A DNA stretch of 64,000 nt from a bacterium (GCA_021372575.1 JAJFUE010000185.1:14018-78017), one strand, 5' to 3'. Shown: positions 9,203-18,830, numbered from the stretch's first letter. The notes: a model not told the origin generated them from the letters alone. Numbers and translations are program-made.

Positions 9203-9507
9203 ACCCTGGGGTTATTCTTCCCGAAAATTTACGCCGGATGCAATCTTCAAGTGTTTCGTTCGGACATTTCCCCATAAATTCCCACGCTTAGCGAAGGAAA
9301 ACGGATCGGTCTGGGTCGAATCCTCAGCGTGTGTTTGATGAGGCTCGAATGAAGGTCGCAGGCGGTTGCGCCAGACGATCGAGGTGGCTCGGCAGGGAGG
9401 ACATGCTGGAGACGGCACCCAGAGCAAGCCGCGCGACCGGACTCCGCATGGACGGACGCATGGGAGAGTAGTCAGGTCGTGATTCTCACCACTAATCTCT
9501 ATCACCA

Positions 9508-10467
9508 CTAGAATATATCAGGTAGCAACGATTGGATATCATCGATCTTCGGAAGATCATCATCCCAATACCGCAAGGACTTGCCGTCGTGGATCAGGTA
9601 AAAGCGTGGTGGTGCATTGCCGATGAATTCAAAGAACTTAAGCGGCTGAACACGTGCCATTGGGAATTGGGGCTTGAACTGCTCGCGGAACTGGCGGAGG
9701 GTGTCTTCCTCGCCAAGAATCAGGCCGACAACCGGTAACTCGCCGAACTCCTTGACAAGAGTGTTCATCCTCGAAACCAATTCCTGGCAATGCGAACAGG
9801 AATCACTCATAAAGCCGACAAAATATATACCCTTGCCCAAGTCGAGAGCTCGATTTGAATCGTCTTTGATAGCGAACTGCGCAAAGGGGCGATCCGTTGT
9901 GGTGGGGGGCTTTGCTACAGCCAGCCCGGCGTCAGACTTGACCGGTTTACCGCCCCAAAAGCTCCAGGCGAGACTGGCAATCAGCAAAAGCGGGCAGAAT
10001 GCGGCACATGCCGTCTGCAGTTTCTTGCTCCTGATATCCAATTCAAACGATTGGCTCTGAAATGATTGCGATGCACCACTTATTGCGATCACATTCATTC
10101 CGATCATGATAACATTCTTTATAATCGAGGCAATCGGCGATATTTTGATGAATGAGCCGAAACACCCGCAGTCTTCGAGGCCTTTGAAAAGCCAGCCGTA
10201 AACGATGATCCCGGTGAAGAAGATGAGTATCGCCAGGGAGAGCTTCAAGCATTCCACCCTAAAATGCTTACTTATGATCATGACCAAGCCGAGGAGAAAC
10301 TCGATAGAGATTATGAAAATGGCGATGGCTGTGACAAGTGTTGGGTTACGAATAATGTTAAAGTATGAGATCAGCATGGCGAAGCTTTGGACTTCGATTG
10401 CTTTCGCGATGGAGGAAAGCAAGAAAATGCTTCCAAGCAGGCAGGTAGTGAAGATGAACCGCTTCAT
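9508..10467 (-). CDS. MauE/DoxX-like membrane domain fused to TlpA-like thioredoxin (CxxC)
   Basis: Multi-TM N-terminal half with the CGCFG motif typical of MauE. The C-terminal thioredoxin fold has FMSDSCSHCQEL. Start taken at MKRFIF. Confidence 0.75.
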   Translation of the reverse strand: MKRFIFTTCLLGSIFLLSSIAKAIEVQSFAMLISYFNIIRNPTLVTAIAIFIISIEFLLGLVMIISKHFRVECLKLSLAILIFFTGIIVYGWLFKGLEDCGCFGSFIKISPIASIIKNVIMIGMNVIAISGASQSFQSQSFELDIRSKKLQTACAAFCPLLLIASLAWSFWGGKPVKSDAGLAVAKPPTTTDRPFAQFAIKDDSNRALDLGKGIYFVGFMSDSCSHCQELVSRMNTLVKEFGELPVVGLILGEEDTLRQFREQFKPQFPMARVQPLKFFEFIGNAPPRFYLIHDGKSLRYWDDDLPKIDDIQSLLPDIF

Positions 10468-10945
10468 TTGATTTTCCGACTGTCTGATCACTTTGAATAA
10501 GATTTCTTTGAGATTGCATCGACCGGCATATCGAGACATATGGAGCCGATCGAGACTTTTGCATTACCCATTACCGCACTCTTGGGTGATATTTTGCGAC
10601 GGATGACGTTTCCGTTCAACACAAATTCGTGGTGGTGTCATACCCCATTAGAAATGTCACCCCAACACCGCCTTGCATTTGCGCGATGATTGATTGCTCA
10701 GGGCCGAAGATAGGGTTCCATGGGGACGCGACCCGAGCACCGCACCGGAGGCCGAAGCAGAGCGGGTGCGGCCCTTGCGAGCCGTCCCTCTCTTTTTGCC
10801 ACCACGGTCCGTCCCCGACTATTTCCGGCCGGCCCGTCCTCGATCCTACTTCGGGTTGGAAGAATCGACAGAAGGCGTGAAGAGAAGAAAAGAAAACCCG
10901 GAAAATCCAACACTGCACCACTATCTTAGCGCTAATCCGGACAGT

Positions 10946-12361
10946 CTATTCAATAGTTGTTATTTGTGAATACGCAACCCATCCTTTCTTCATATTGGAA
11001 TGAAGATGGGCATGCATTTCGATCACGAGGCCAAGCCTAAATGCGTACTCATCTGTAATGCACGATTTAGAATCATATTTTATCCTAACAACATCATTAA
11101 GCACTTCACTACATGTTTTTGACAACGTCCTCCATCGCAAATCCGGTATGCAGCGTGATGTGATAATTATATAAATCAGCGCCCGTCTTAACCGAATATG
11201 ATCGCCAAGTATTTGATCCGCATAATCATAATCGGCTTTCTCGACATTGCCTACCGATTTATTTTCATGGCCAGATGTTGTTTGGTCCGGATCTCCTGAT
11301 ATTGGGATAAACGACACAAGCGCTTTTGGGAACCGGCCTTCAATTGACAAATCAGAATAATTGAGCGGCGGCAATTGTTGTTTACCGCCATCTTCAAGTT
11401 GCAACATGCAACCAGCAATCGCTGCGGCGCGTTTCATGGCGTCGATCGTGGGTCGGACGTTGGGGTCTTCGGGCTTGATCGGGTAATCAAAACGGAAAAT
11501 CTCGCCTGAGTAGAAAACAAGCGCGCGCCAGCCGGCCGGCCGAGTAACTTCATCGGTCCAAATCTTCTTGGCCCAGTCGGGGATATAAGCCGGCTTGCCG
11601 TTCCAGTTGATGCCGTATTCGGGTTTGGTGAGAACGTCATAAACCCACATGATGTGCGGGTATTCCTTGCGCGCCCAGGCTTCCCACTCGGCCTCGGTGT
11701 GCGGCAGCATCGCCTCGACCTGCACCTGCGCCAGGGTTTGTTCGAATCTCCGGTCTAGCTCAATCAACGATTCGGCAGGAAAGCTATTGAGGCGATCATA
11801 ACGAATTGTTGAGTGATCGTTCGCCGCGTGATGTCCAGGCTTGAGCACGACGATTTGATTTTCACATTTCGTTGAATCCGATAATCGAATATAGGCCAAT
11901 GCGTCCTTTGATTGTTTGTGGTAATCAACCAGATATTTACCGATCTGCGCAAGAACGGGAAAGCCTAAGGCGAGCAAGCATACCACCGCGAGACCGTAAG
12001 CCCATCGTCGAGCACAGACTCTTTTGGGGCTCTTGAACTCTCTCGACCTGCTGGTTTCGTATTTGGCAATTTTCAATAATGCTGCGGACGCAATGTCATC
12101 CGAATTTAAGTGGCTTGGCTCCTGGTTTCTGCGCAGTTGCTCAACGCAATTGCACAAGGAACAGGTGGCCTCCCACTCGGCCGCGCATTCGGGGCAGTGA
12201 GCAAGATGTTTCTCAATTGCGGCATATTTGCGGCATGAGAGCGAGGGATCCCATGCGTAGTAAGCCCCAAGACGCAATTGGACCCAGGCGCAACCGGGAT
12301 CCTTCCCCAGCATCAGCGTGAAGCACCTTATCATCGCGTCTATGGTTTTTATAAAGCCCAT
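10946..12361 (-). CDS. Anti-sigma factor (zf-HC2) with one TM and a ~320-aa extracytoplasmic domain
   Basis: HLAHCPECAAEW. The N-terminal ~90 aa are clearly paralogous to 7810-8517 (WVxLRLGAYxxWDPSLS...AIEKHL). The TM segment is LAVVCLLALGFPVLAQIGKYLV. Confidence 0.75.
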   Translation of the reverse strand: MGFIKTIDAMIRCFTLMLGKDPGCAWVQLRLGAYYAWDPSLSCRKYAAIEKHLAHCPECAAEWEATCSLCNCVEQLRRNQEPSHLNSDDIASAALLKIAKYETSRSREFKSPKRVCARRWAYGLAVVCLLALGFPVLAQIGKYLVDYHKQSKDALAYIRLSDSTKCENQIVVLKPGHHAANDHSTIRYDRLNSFPAESLIELDRRFEQTLAQVQVEAMLPHTEAEWEAWARKEYPHIMWVYDVLTKPEYGINWNGKPAYIPDWAKKIWTDEVTRPAGWRALVFYSGEIFRFDYPIKPEDPNVRPTIDAMKRAAAIAGCMLQLEDGGKQQLPPLNYSDLSIEGRFPKALVSFIPISGDPDQTTSGHENKSVGNVEKADYDYADQILGDHIRLRRALIYIIITSRCIPDLRWRTLSKTCSEVLNDVVRIKYDSKSCITDEYAFRLGLVIEMHAHLHSNMKKGWVAYSQITTIE

Positions 12362-12390
12362 CTCCAACCTTGCAACCCTTTATAATTTAT

Positions 12391-12417
12391 ATGTCGAGCA
12401 CAGGGCATTTTTAACAT
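12391..12417 (-). promoter_or_regulatory. ECF-type promoter candidate ATGTTA-N14-TCGACAT
   Basis: Minus-strand motif about 29 nt upstream of the anti-sigma ATG (12361), within the 100-nt sigma/anti-sigma gap. Confidence 0.45.
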
Positions 12418-12469
12418 TTCAAGAAGAATATATTTTTGAAGACACCTTATAATACTGATTCTCTTTATC

Positions 12470-13030
12470 TTATGACACATCGGATCCCGGCTCCGGGGTT
12501 TCGATTTCTATCGATTGAAGCATAAGCATTTGTCCCAATCTTTGAATCGCACGATGATCGGCCATATACACCGCCGGCATCGAGATTCCAAGTTCATGGG
12601 CGACATCCGCGTGGGTTTTTCCTGCGAAATGAATCAGTTCGGCAACTTGTCGTAGTCGCGGCGGCAACAACTTGATCATTGCGCGGATTCGTTTCATCAT
12701 CGATTCGTCATGTTCTTGTGTAGTATTTTCCTGAACAGACACGATGATCGGCCATGCATTGATGAGTTGTGCCCGTCGCTTTGCCTCGAGGCCCATTTTC
12801 CGGCGATAAGCGAGGGTGAGTTTATGGGCAATACCGAATAGAAAGGATCGTTCTTTGCCTTCCTGGATTTCATTGCGTTTAATCCATAAGGTTAAGAGGC
12901 AATCCTGTATCAGGTCATCGATATTGTCCGGATGCACGCCGGTGGAGCGAATAAATCGGCTCAACGCTGCACTATGCTCCCTGCATAGGGCCCTTATCGT
13001 TTCCTCCGTGAACCTGGGTGGGTGTTTCAT
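12470..13030 (-). CDS. ECF-family RNA polymerase sigma factor (copy 2)
   Basis: Region 2 reads DDLIQDCLLTLW. Region 4 reads LPPRLRQVAELIHFAGKTHADVAHELGISMPAVYMADHRAIQRL. Confidence 0.85.
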   Translation of the reverse strand: MKHPPRFTEETIRALCREHSAALSRFIRSTGVHPDNIDDLIQDCLLTLWIKRNEIQEGKERSFLFGIAHKLTLAYRRKMGLEAKRRAQLINAWPIIVSVQENTTQEHDESMMKRIRAMIKLLPPRLRQVAELIHFAGKTHADVAHELGISMPAVYMADHRAIQRLGQMLMLQSIEIETPEPGSDVS

Positions 13031-13042
13031 ATTTTATTGAAT

Positions 13043-15418
13043 TTATTTCTTTTCCAACTTGCGAATGTATTCTTTTGCCTGGCGCGTGAATTGGCCACTT
13101 GGATAAAGATTGGCGAGATCATTAAAAGGGCGCACGGCTTCCTCGAGCTTGTTTTCCCTAATGTAAGAATAACCAATCAAATACAAAGCGCGTTCGCGGT
13201 ATTGCCGCGAATCACGATTCTGGACAATCGAGAGTTCATTGCGTGCATCGTCGTAACGCGAGGCCCCAATCAAAGCAAGTCCCAGCAGTGTGCGAACTGG
13301 AATGTCCTGGTATTCTTTCGGAAGCGTCTTTATAAGCGAATTTAAATCCATAACCGCCCGCTCGTATTTCTGATTATCCATTAATATTTTTGCAGCGCGC
13401 AACCGGGCATTATAGTCGTATTCGGTATTCTGGCAGATTCTTGATAATCTCTTCTGAATACCGATTGCATTCTCCGGCTGCTTGAGCTGTTTCTCATACA
13501 GGTCTGTTATCCTATTCGCCACACCGACGATGAAAGTGGTGGTCGCACCCGTTGAATATGAATCTACGATTTTCGTCAGGTGGCGTATTTCATTTTCATA
13601 CGAATGAATACGATTGTATTCATCCGCCATAAATAAATGGTACTTTTCGCCATACGGAACAGGCTCGATGGCTTTTTTAGATTCGACATTCGCATCCATC
13701 CATTTGAGCATTTTGGCCACGTCATAGTTATCGTAATGCTTCGCAAGTCTCTCCTTCAGAAATGTTCCGATTTCCTCCACGTTGCTCGATCCGTTACTGA
13801 ATCTAGTGGCCATATCATTCAGTGCGATCTGGATCAGTTCATCACGATCGCTCGATATATTCATAGTCAGCCCTGCAATTTGCGAGAGCGTTGATATTTG
13901 GGAATATTGATCCTGCAATGAGGCAAGTCGGCTGTATTCACTCGTTTTTTTCGCACCAGACGAGGACTTCTTTTTTAGATCGGCCTCGCGGGTTAGGATT
14001 TCATTCCTCAAGGGTTTAATAAAATCAGGGTCCGGGGAGCGGTCCACAATCCATGTAAATATCTTTTTTGCAGAAGCTGTGCACCCAAGAGCCTTTGGCA
14101 TATTTCCAAGATTATTCCATATTTCTGCTTCATCGAGCAGGTTGCATATTTGTGCGCTGACGCGGCAATAAGAAAGCAGGAATGCACTGTTATGGTCGCC
14201 AGATAATTTCTCGAGTTTATCAAACGGGATTTTCATAGAGTATTGCCGGTTTAACAGAGGATCTGAGATAACGTTGATACTGTTCGCCGCACCGTCAATT
14301 CGCATCCTGACGCCTTCGCTGATAATTGAATACGCCTGCGTTTGCGACGGCGATGACTCCGCAAGCCGAATCGAGATCGGGTCCCTGATGAAGTAATCGC
14401 TGGAGGTATTTCCGGTGAACGTCGTCTTCCGCAAACTGACTTCTATGGGTTTACCGCTACCGGCTATAGAACTTAGGCCGATCGTATTATTACGAATGGA
14501 GCAGTTTTCAACAATGAGTCCAGGACAATTGAGCCGATTCAGCTCAACCCCAACGGAATTGTGATGAATGATGGTGTCCTTGATTTTCCAGTGGATGCCC
14601 TGATTTTCCTCGAGCTTAAGCGCCGAAGATGTTGAGCCGTCAAACGTGCATGCGGAAATGACTGACGGATAGCTGGTTGACCCTTGCAACGCGTTTCGAT
14701 TCCCATTGATATAAACGCCATTAACATTACTTGTGAACGTGCATTTGTTCATGTTGAGTGTTGTGGAACTGTAGCCTTGGGAAATCCTGACCAGAACGCC
14801 GGTTCGGTTTTTGGAAAACGAGATGTTTTTGGCTTCAATGTGGCTTTGCCGACTATTTTGCACGACCATAGCATCAGTCTTGTGCTCCGAGAACGAGCAA
14901 TTTTCCAAGTGTATATCGTTGGATATGCTGTTCATATACATCCCGTTGATTCTTACGCCCTCTCCCCGATTCTTCGCGAATGTGCAACCGACAATATTCA
15001 AGCTAATATCATTCAGCACACTTATGCCAATTCCATAATTCTCGAAGATATTCATATCGCAGAGGGAGAGGCTTGTCGGCTTTTTTGACTTCGAGACGCG
15101 TATAGCATCGTCCATGCATCGGTTTACAATGATGCCAGACAGCGAAACAGTACCGGCCTCATCGCAGACCAGAATGCCAGGACCGGTAGGATTATTGATG
15201 ACTAGTTTTTTATTTGCATCGCCAGCGATCGTGATGTTCTTTTTTAGAACGATTCCTTTTAGATATACATAACCTGCTCCCACATGGATCGTATCGCCCA
15301 TACTTGATTTTTCGATCGCTTCACCGAGATCCTTGATATCCTGCGGAACACGAACGTCTTTCGCCAGTGCCACGGAAGACAATACGAGTATCATGATCGA
15401 TTTAAGAATCAATTTCAT
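13043..15418 (-). CDS. Secreted right-handed beta-helix (PbH1 repeat) protein with C-terminal TPR region
   Basis: Signal peptide ALA|KD. Repeated xNCxFxxNxxxGVxI units are present (e.g. VGCTFAKNRGEGVRING, ENCSFSEHKTDAMVV, NKCTFTSNVNGVYING, ENCSIRNNTIGLSS). The C-terminal third has TPR-like helices. Confidence 0.7.
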   Translation of the reverse strand: MKLILKSIMILVLSSVALAKDVRVPQDIKDLGEAIEKSSMGDTIHVGAGYVYLKGIVLKKNITIAGDANKKLVINNPTGPGILVCDEAGTVSLSGIIVNRCMDDAIRVSKSKKPTSLSLCDMNIFENYGIGISVLNDISLNIVGCTFAKNRGEGVRINGMYMNSISNDIHLENCSFSEHKTDAMVVQNSRQSHIEAKNISFSKNRTGVLVRISQGYSSTTLNMNKCTFTSNVNGVYINGNRNALQGSTSYPSVISACTFDGSTSSALKLEENQGIHWKIKDTIIHHNSVGVELNRLNCPGLIVENCSIRNNTIGLSSIAGSGKPIEVSLRKTTFTGNTSSDYFIRDPISIRLAESSPSQTQAYSIISEGVRMRIDGAANSINVISDPLLNRQYSMKIPFDKLEKLSGDHNSAFLLSYCRVSAQICNLLDEAEIWNNLGNMPKALGCTASAKKIFTWIVDRSPDPDFIKPLRNEILTREADLKKKSSSGAKKTSEYSRLASLQDQYSQISTLSQIAGLTMNISSDRDELIQIALNDMATRFSNGSSNVEEIGTFLKERLAKHYDNYDVAKMLKWMDANVESKKAIEPVPYGEKYHLFMADEYNRIHSYENEIRHLTKIVDSYSTGATTTFIVGVANRITDLYEKQLKQPENAIGIQKRLSRICQNTEYDYNARLRAAKILMDNQKYERAVMDLNSLIKTLPKEYQDIPVRTLLGLALIGASRYDDARNELSIVQNRDSRQYRERALYLIGYSYIRENKLEEAVRPFNDLANLYPSGQFTRQAKEYIRKLEKK

Positions 15419-15456
15419 GTTCGTCTCCCCGGTTTGCTGTCAATCGAAAACGGTTT

Positions 15457-17457
15457 TCATATATAATAAAAATATTTATCAATCAAATAAAGCTTGGCAT
15501 TGCTACTCGGCATCGACTTCATCTTTTTGAGGATGTCGCGCGCCTGCGACTGATCGTTATTATAGAGCGCAATCCATGCAATCCAAGATGCGGCCTTGAC
15601 TCGTTCATCATTGAACAGCTGGGAGCTTTTTTCGCCGTTCTTGAGCGCCTGCTCAAAATATTTGCATGCGCCTTTGAGATCGGGAGGATTCTGATTGAGG
15701 TAAACAAGGCCCAGCCAATTTAACATTTGAGACTTCTTAAGTTCGTTCTGGTCTTTTGATTGGAGGAACTTGTTTGCCGCTTCCTTGATGCCGGCATAAT
15801 CATCCTGGTAATACATTGCCTCCATTGGTCCCTGCACGGCGGGCTTTTCGCCTTTCATCCATTCGATCAAATACTTGCGGGCTTCCCGTTCATACTGGTC
15901 AGCTTTACTTATCTCGCCGCCTGATTTCAATTCCGCCGCATAATTCAGTTTCGCGATACCAACATAGAGTCTGGCATTGGCGGCCACTTCGCCTTCAGGG
16001 GACTGCTCAATCAACTTGCAAAGCGCTTCCGAGGCTTCGGCCCATCTTGCACGCCGGAAATCGGTCATGGACAACAGGAATTGCAATCCGTAACGTCCAG
16101 TCTGATCCGGCATCTCCGTCAGGCTTGTTTGGATCAATTGCCTGGCTTGGTCAATTTCCTTTCCAAGGATCATGCAATTGAAGAGATTATACTGGGCTGT
16201 ATTCTTCATGTCTTCAGAGGTTGTTGGATAATTTGCAATGAAAGCCGTGATGGACGTTTTAGCCGCCGCCCATTTTTCCTGGTGATAGGGAATCATCGCA
16301 ATCTGGTAGGCGATCTTTGCAGCGCTTTCGGTATTCGGATATTGGGCAATGTATTGTTTGGCCGCCTGCTCAAATGCCGGGCTTTCAATGTTCATCAGGC
16401 ACAGGACACGATGATAATCGATCGTGCCCTGGCGCCCTTTCATTAAATCATTGTTGGCCGGCTTCTGCTGCACCCATGAGTCAATCGCGTTGTAGCATTC
16501 TATGGCCTTGTTCCATTTCGCACGGGCAAAGTAAGACTCCCCATGTTCATACAACAGGATACCGCGATCTGCCTGATGTTCCGGCTTGGGGAGGGCAATT
16601 TTCATCGCCTCATCGAGCGAATCGTATTTTTTCAGTTTCAAATCGCACTGAATCTCGCGCAATTCTATCTTGGCGACCAGCGATTTATCCTGGATGCCGG
16701 ACTTTTTGAAGTTCTCAATCAGGTCCATTGCCTGTTTGAATTGATTTTCTACCAGTTCAGGTTTTTCCCCTTTTTGAACCATTTCCACCCCCAACATGTA
16801 AGCCGTGTTCACAACATAATACTTTGACTGCCGGCATATTCCCTCATCAGGATCCGCCGTCGCCAAGCGGCTGAATTTCTCATGGGCCTTGGGGTATTCC
16901 CTTCGGTTCAAAGCTGCCTGGGCATCCATGAACAATAAGCTCGAACGTTGTGTATGCTTCGGCTTTTCAATCAGGACTTTATTCACATACGGTTCGACCT
17001 GGTCATATTTCCTGGTCTGCATCCAACTGGAAACCAGATATCGATCAACTTTATCCCTGTTCATCGTATGCAACTTGTTATATTTTTCGAGGTATTTCAT
17101 GGAGACCGATATGACCTCTTCATATTTGCGCTCTCGATAATAGACGCCGATAAGATTGGAGATCAGATCCGCGGTATATTTGTTATTCGGATAATTATTT
17201 TCAAAATTACTCGCCAAATTGAGGAATGCAGCGGTATCTTTTTTGCCCAAGAATGATATCGCCTTCACAAAAGTCAGGCTTCCAACGATATCACGATTGG
17301 CAGCATTGGATTTAATGTAATCGTCGGCCAGCCTGATTGCTTCATCGTAATTTTTAGATGCATACTTTCCCATAACTTCCTCAACCGGTGCTGCCGCAAC
17401 AACGATTGGAGATATTAATAAAGACAATAACACCACCCCATGAAACAGCAGTTTCAT
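15457..17457 (-). CDS. Secreted TPR-repeat protein
   Basis: Signal peptide, then many Y/A/L-patterned 34-aa helical repeats. The ATG at 17457 is preceded by GAGGTG. Confidence 0.7.
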   Translation of the reverse strand: MKLLFHGVVLLSLLISPIVVAAAPVEEVMGKYASKNYDEAIRLADDYIKSNAANRDIVGSLTFVKAISFLGKKDTAAFLNLASNFENNYPNNKYTADLISNLIGVYYRERKYEEVISVSMKYLEKYNKLHTMNRDKVDRYLVSSWMQTRKYDQVEPYVNKVLIEKPKHTQRSSLLFMDAQAALNRREYPKAHEKFSRLATADPDEGICRQSKYYVVNTAYMLGVEMVQKGEKPELVENQFKQAMDLIENFKKSGIQDKSLVAKIELREIQCDLKLKKYDSLDEAMKIALPKPEHQADRGILLYEHGESYFARAKWNKAIECYNAIDSWVQQKPANNDLMKGRQGTIDYHRVLCLMNIESPAFEQAAKQYIAQYPNTESAAKIAYQIAMIPYHQEKWAAAKTSITAFIANYPTTSEDMKNTAQYNLFNCMILGKEIDQARQLIQTSLTEMPDQTGRYGLQFLLSMTDFRRARWAEASEALCKLIEQSPEGEVAANARLYVGIAKLNYAAELKSGGEISKADQYEREARKYLIEWMKGEKPAVQGPMEAMYYQDDYAGIKEAANKFLQSKDQNELKKSQMLNWLGLVYLNQNPPDLKGACKYFEQALKNGEKSSQLFNDERVKAASWIAWIALYNNDQSQARDILKKMKSMPSSNAKLYLIDKYFYYI

Positions 17458-17793
17458 TTTCACACCTCGCGGTTGCACATATTTACCCGCCGGATAGGTT
17501 ATGACCCCCCGCCAGCAACGCCCAAGACTAAAATATTTACAGCCCCAGCCTCCGCAGTATAGCAGGATATTTCGTAGAAAGAGGTGATATTAATTGATCT
17601 TCTTTCATTCTTGTAAGCTTCTAACGTAGGTATGTTCGACATGTCAATTGAAATATTGATAACTCAAAGCTTAGCATTGTAATATTTACCGTGCGCGCGT
17701 TTAAGCCCCCCCAGTGCAAGTTATTGAGATATAGGGCTTGAAAAAAATGAAATACTAAGTAATCTTGCGCCATTGCTATCGTGGATTTCAAAA

Positions 17794-18171
17794 ATGGCGC
17801 GCTACATCAACCCACCAAGTCCGATAAGGGGAGTTCTTCTGCTGGAGCTCGCGTTGTCGATGTTGATCATTTCTGTGGCCCTGCTTGGCCTCATGGAAGG
17901 CTACCGCGCATCCACGGAAGCCAATGCGCGTTATGATCGTATGGCGGATTTACAGCTCTTGGCCGACCAGAAGATCGCGGAGCTCTCGCAACAAGCGCAA
18001 TTCAAGACGGGCCAGGACGAGGCTGTTTTCCAAACCAAACCCGACGTGAGTTGGCAAACCGTTACGGCTGAGACTGCTGCCCCGAATTTATACATGATCA
18101 ATTTAGAAGTATCGAAGCAGTCCGATAATTTTCGTATATCCCTCTTTATGAGGCCGAAGAAGGCGCAATGA
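17794..18171 (+). CDS. T2SS minor pseudopilin, GspI-like
   Basis: Prepilin-like N-terminus RG|VLLLELALSMLIISVALLGL (Glu at +5). Small size and a C-terminal beta region (DVSWQTV...LYMINLEVS). Confidence 0.6.
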   Translation: MARYINPPSPIRGVLLLELALSMLIISVALLGLMEGYRASTEANARYDRMADLQLLADQKIAELSQQAQFKTGQDEAVFQTKPDVSWQTVTAETAAPNLYMINLEVSKQSDNFRISLFMRPKKAQ

Positions 18172-18830
18172 GCTGTTACCGCCAGAGAAGATTCAAGAAC
18201 AGCTTGACCCTTGTCGAGCTTGTGGTTGCCCTGGCAGTGATGTCCGCAATCGGCGGAATCGCAATTGAGACGCTTGTTCTCGTGATGAAACAGCAGGAAG
18301 TCATGGAAGAATCGAGAGAGACCTTCGACGCCATCCAATGTTTGGATCTGGTTATTCGAAGCTGCATCCAAAACCTCGTGCCCGGGCCCATCGGCGAAGT
18401 TCAGCCATTCAGCCAACGGACAGAGCCGAATGGAGGCATGACTTACCAGTTCCTCAATAGAGTGCCTGAGAATTACAACTTTCGAGATAAATCGGAAAAG
18501 TCCTCGGCAACGATTGCGCTGCTCGTTGGTTTGAGGGTCGTTCCAGACACAAATGAGAGTCTTGTCCTAAACCTCGAATATTCCACTCAATTCGTTGGAT
18601 CTTCAGGTCCCATCGATGAGCCTGAAGTTCAGTCGTTAGTCAAGAGCTTGACCCAGTTCTCGATCAAGTCACAAGGTGCAGAGGGAGACGATGAATCGTC
18701 AACCCTTCCAAAGGCATTCAACGTACATGCCGAATTTAACGTGTCCAATGGAAGCCCGGTTGTTTGGGATAACTCTTATTATGTCAAAGTCAGCCGGCCC
18801 AAGACTGAGACCAAGGAGGAAAAAGAATGA
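18168..18830 (+). CDS. T2SS minor pseudopilin, GspJ-like (non-canonical cleavage site)
   Basis: The N-terminus KNS|LTLVELVVALAVMSAIGG has the hydrophobic helix and Glu+5, but Ser where the -1 Gly is expected. An ATGA overlap couples it to the upstream gene. Confidence 0.55.
   Translation: MSCYRQRRFKNSLTLVELVVALAVMSAIGGIAIETLVLVMKQQEVMEESRETFDAIQCLDLVIRSCIQNLVPGPIGEVQPFSQRTEPNGGMTYQFLNRVPENYNFRDKSEKSSATIALLVGLRVVPDTNESLVLNLEYSTQFVGSSGPIDEPEVQSLVKSLTQFSIKSQGAEGDDESSTLPKAFNVHAEFNVSNGSPVVWDNSYYVKVSRPKTETKEEKE

Noticed and set aside
9296-9345. A T-arm-like element, CTGGG-TCGAATC-CTCAG, in a GC-rich intergenic patch. It could be a tRNA or tRNA fragment.
   Set aside because: No complementary acceptor stem, D arm or anticodon arm could be folded around it on either strand.
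17636-17645. TCGACATGTC in the divergent region between the TPR operon and the T2SS operon. It is identical to the -10-like part of the motif at 8553.
   Set aside because: No ATGTTA-like element lies 14-15 nt upstream on either strand, so I do not count it as a full motif copy.
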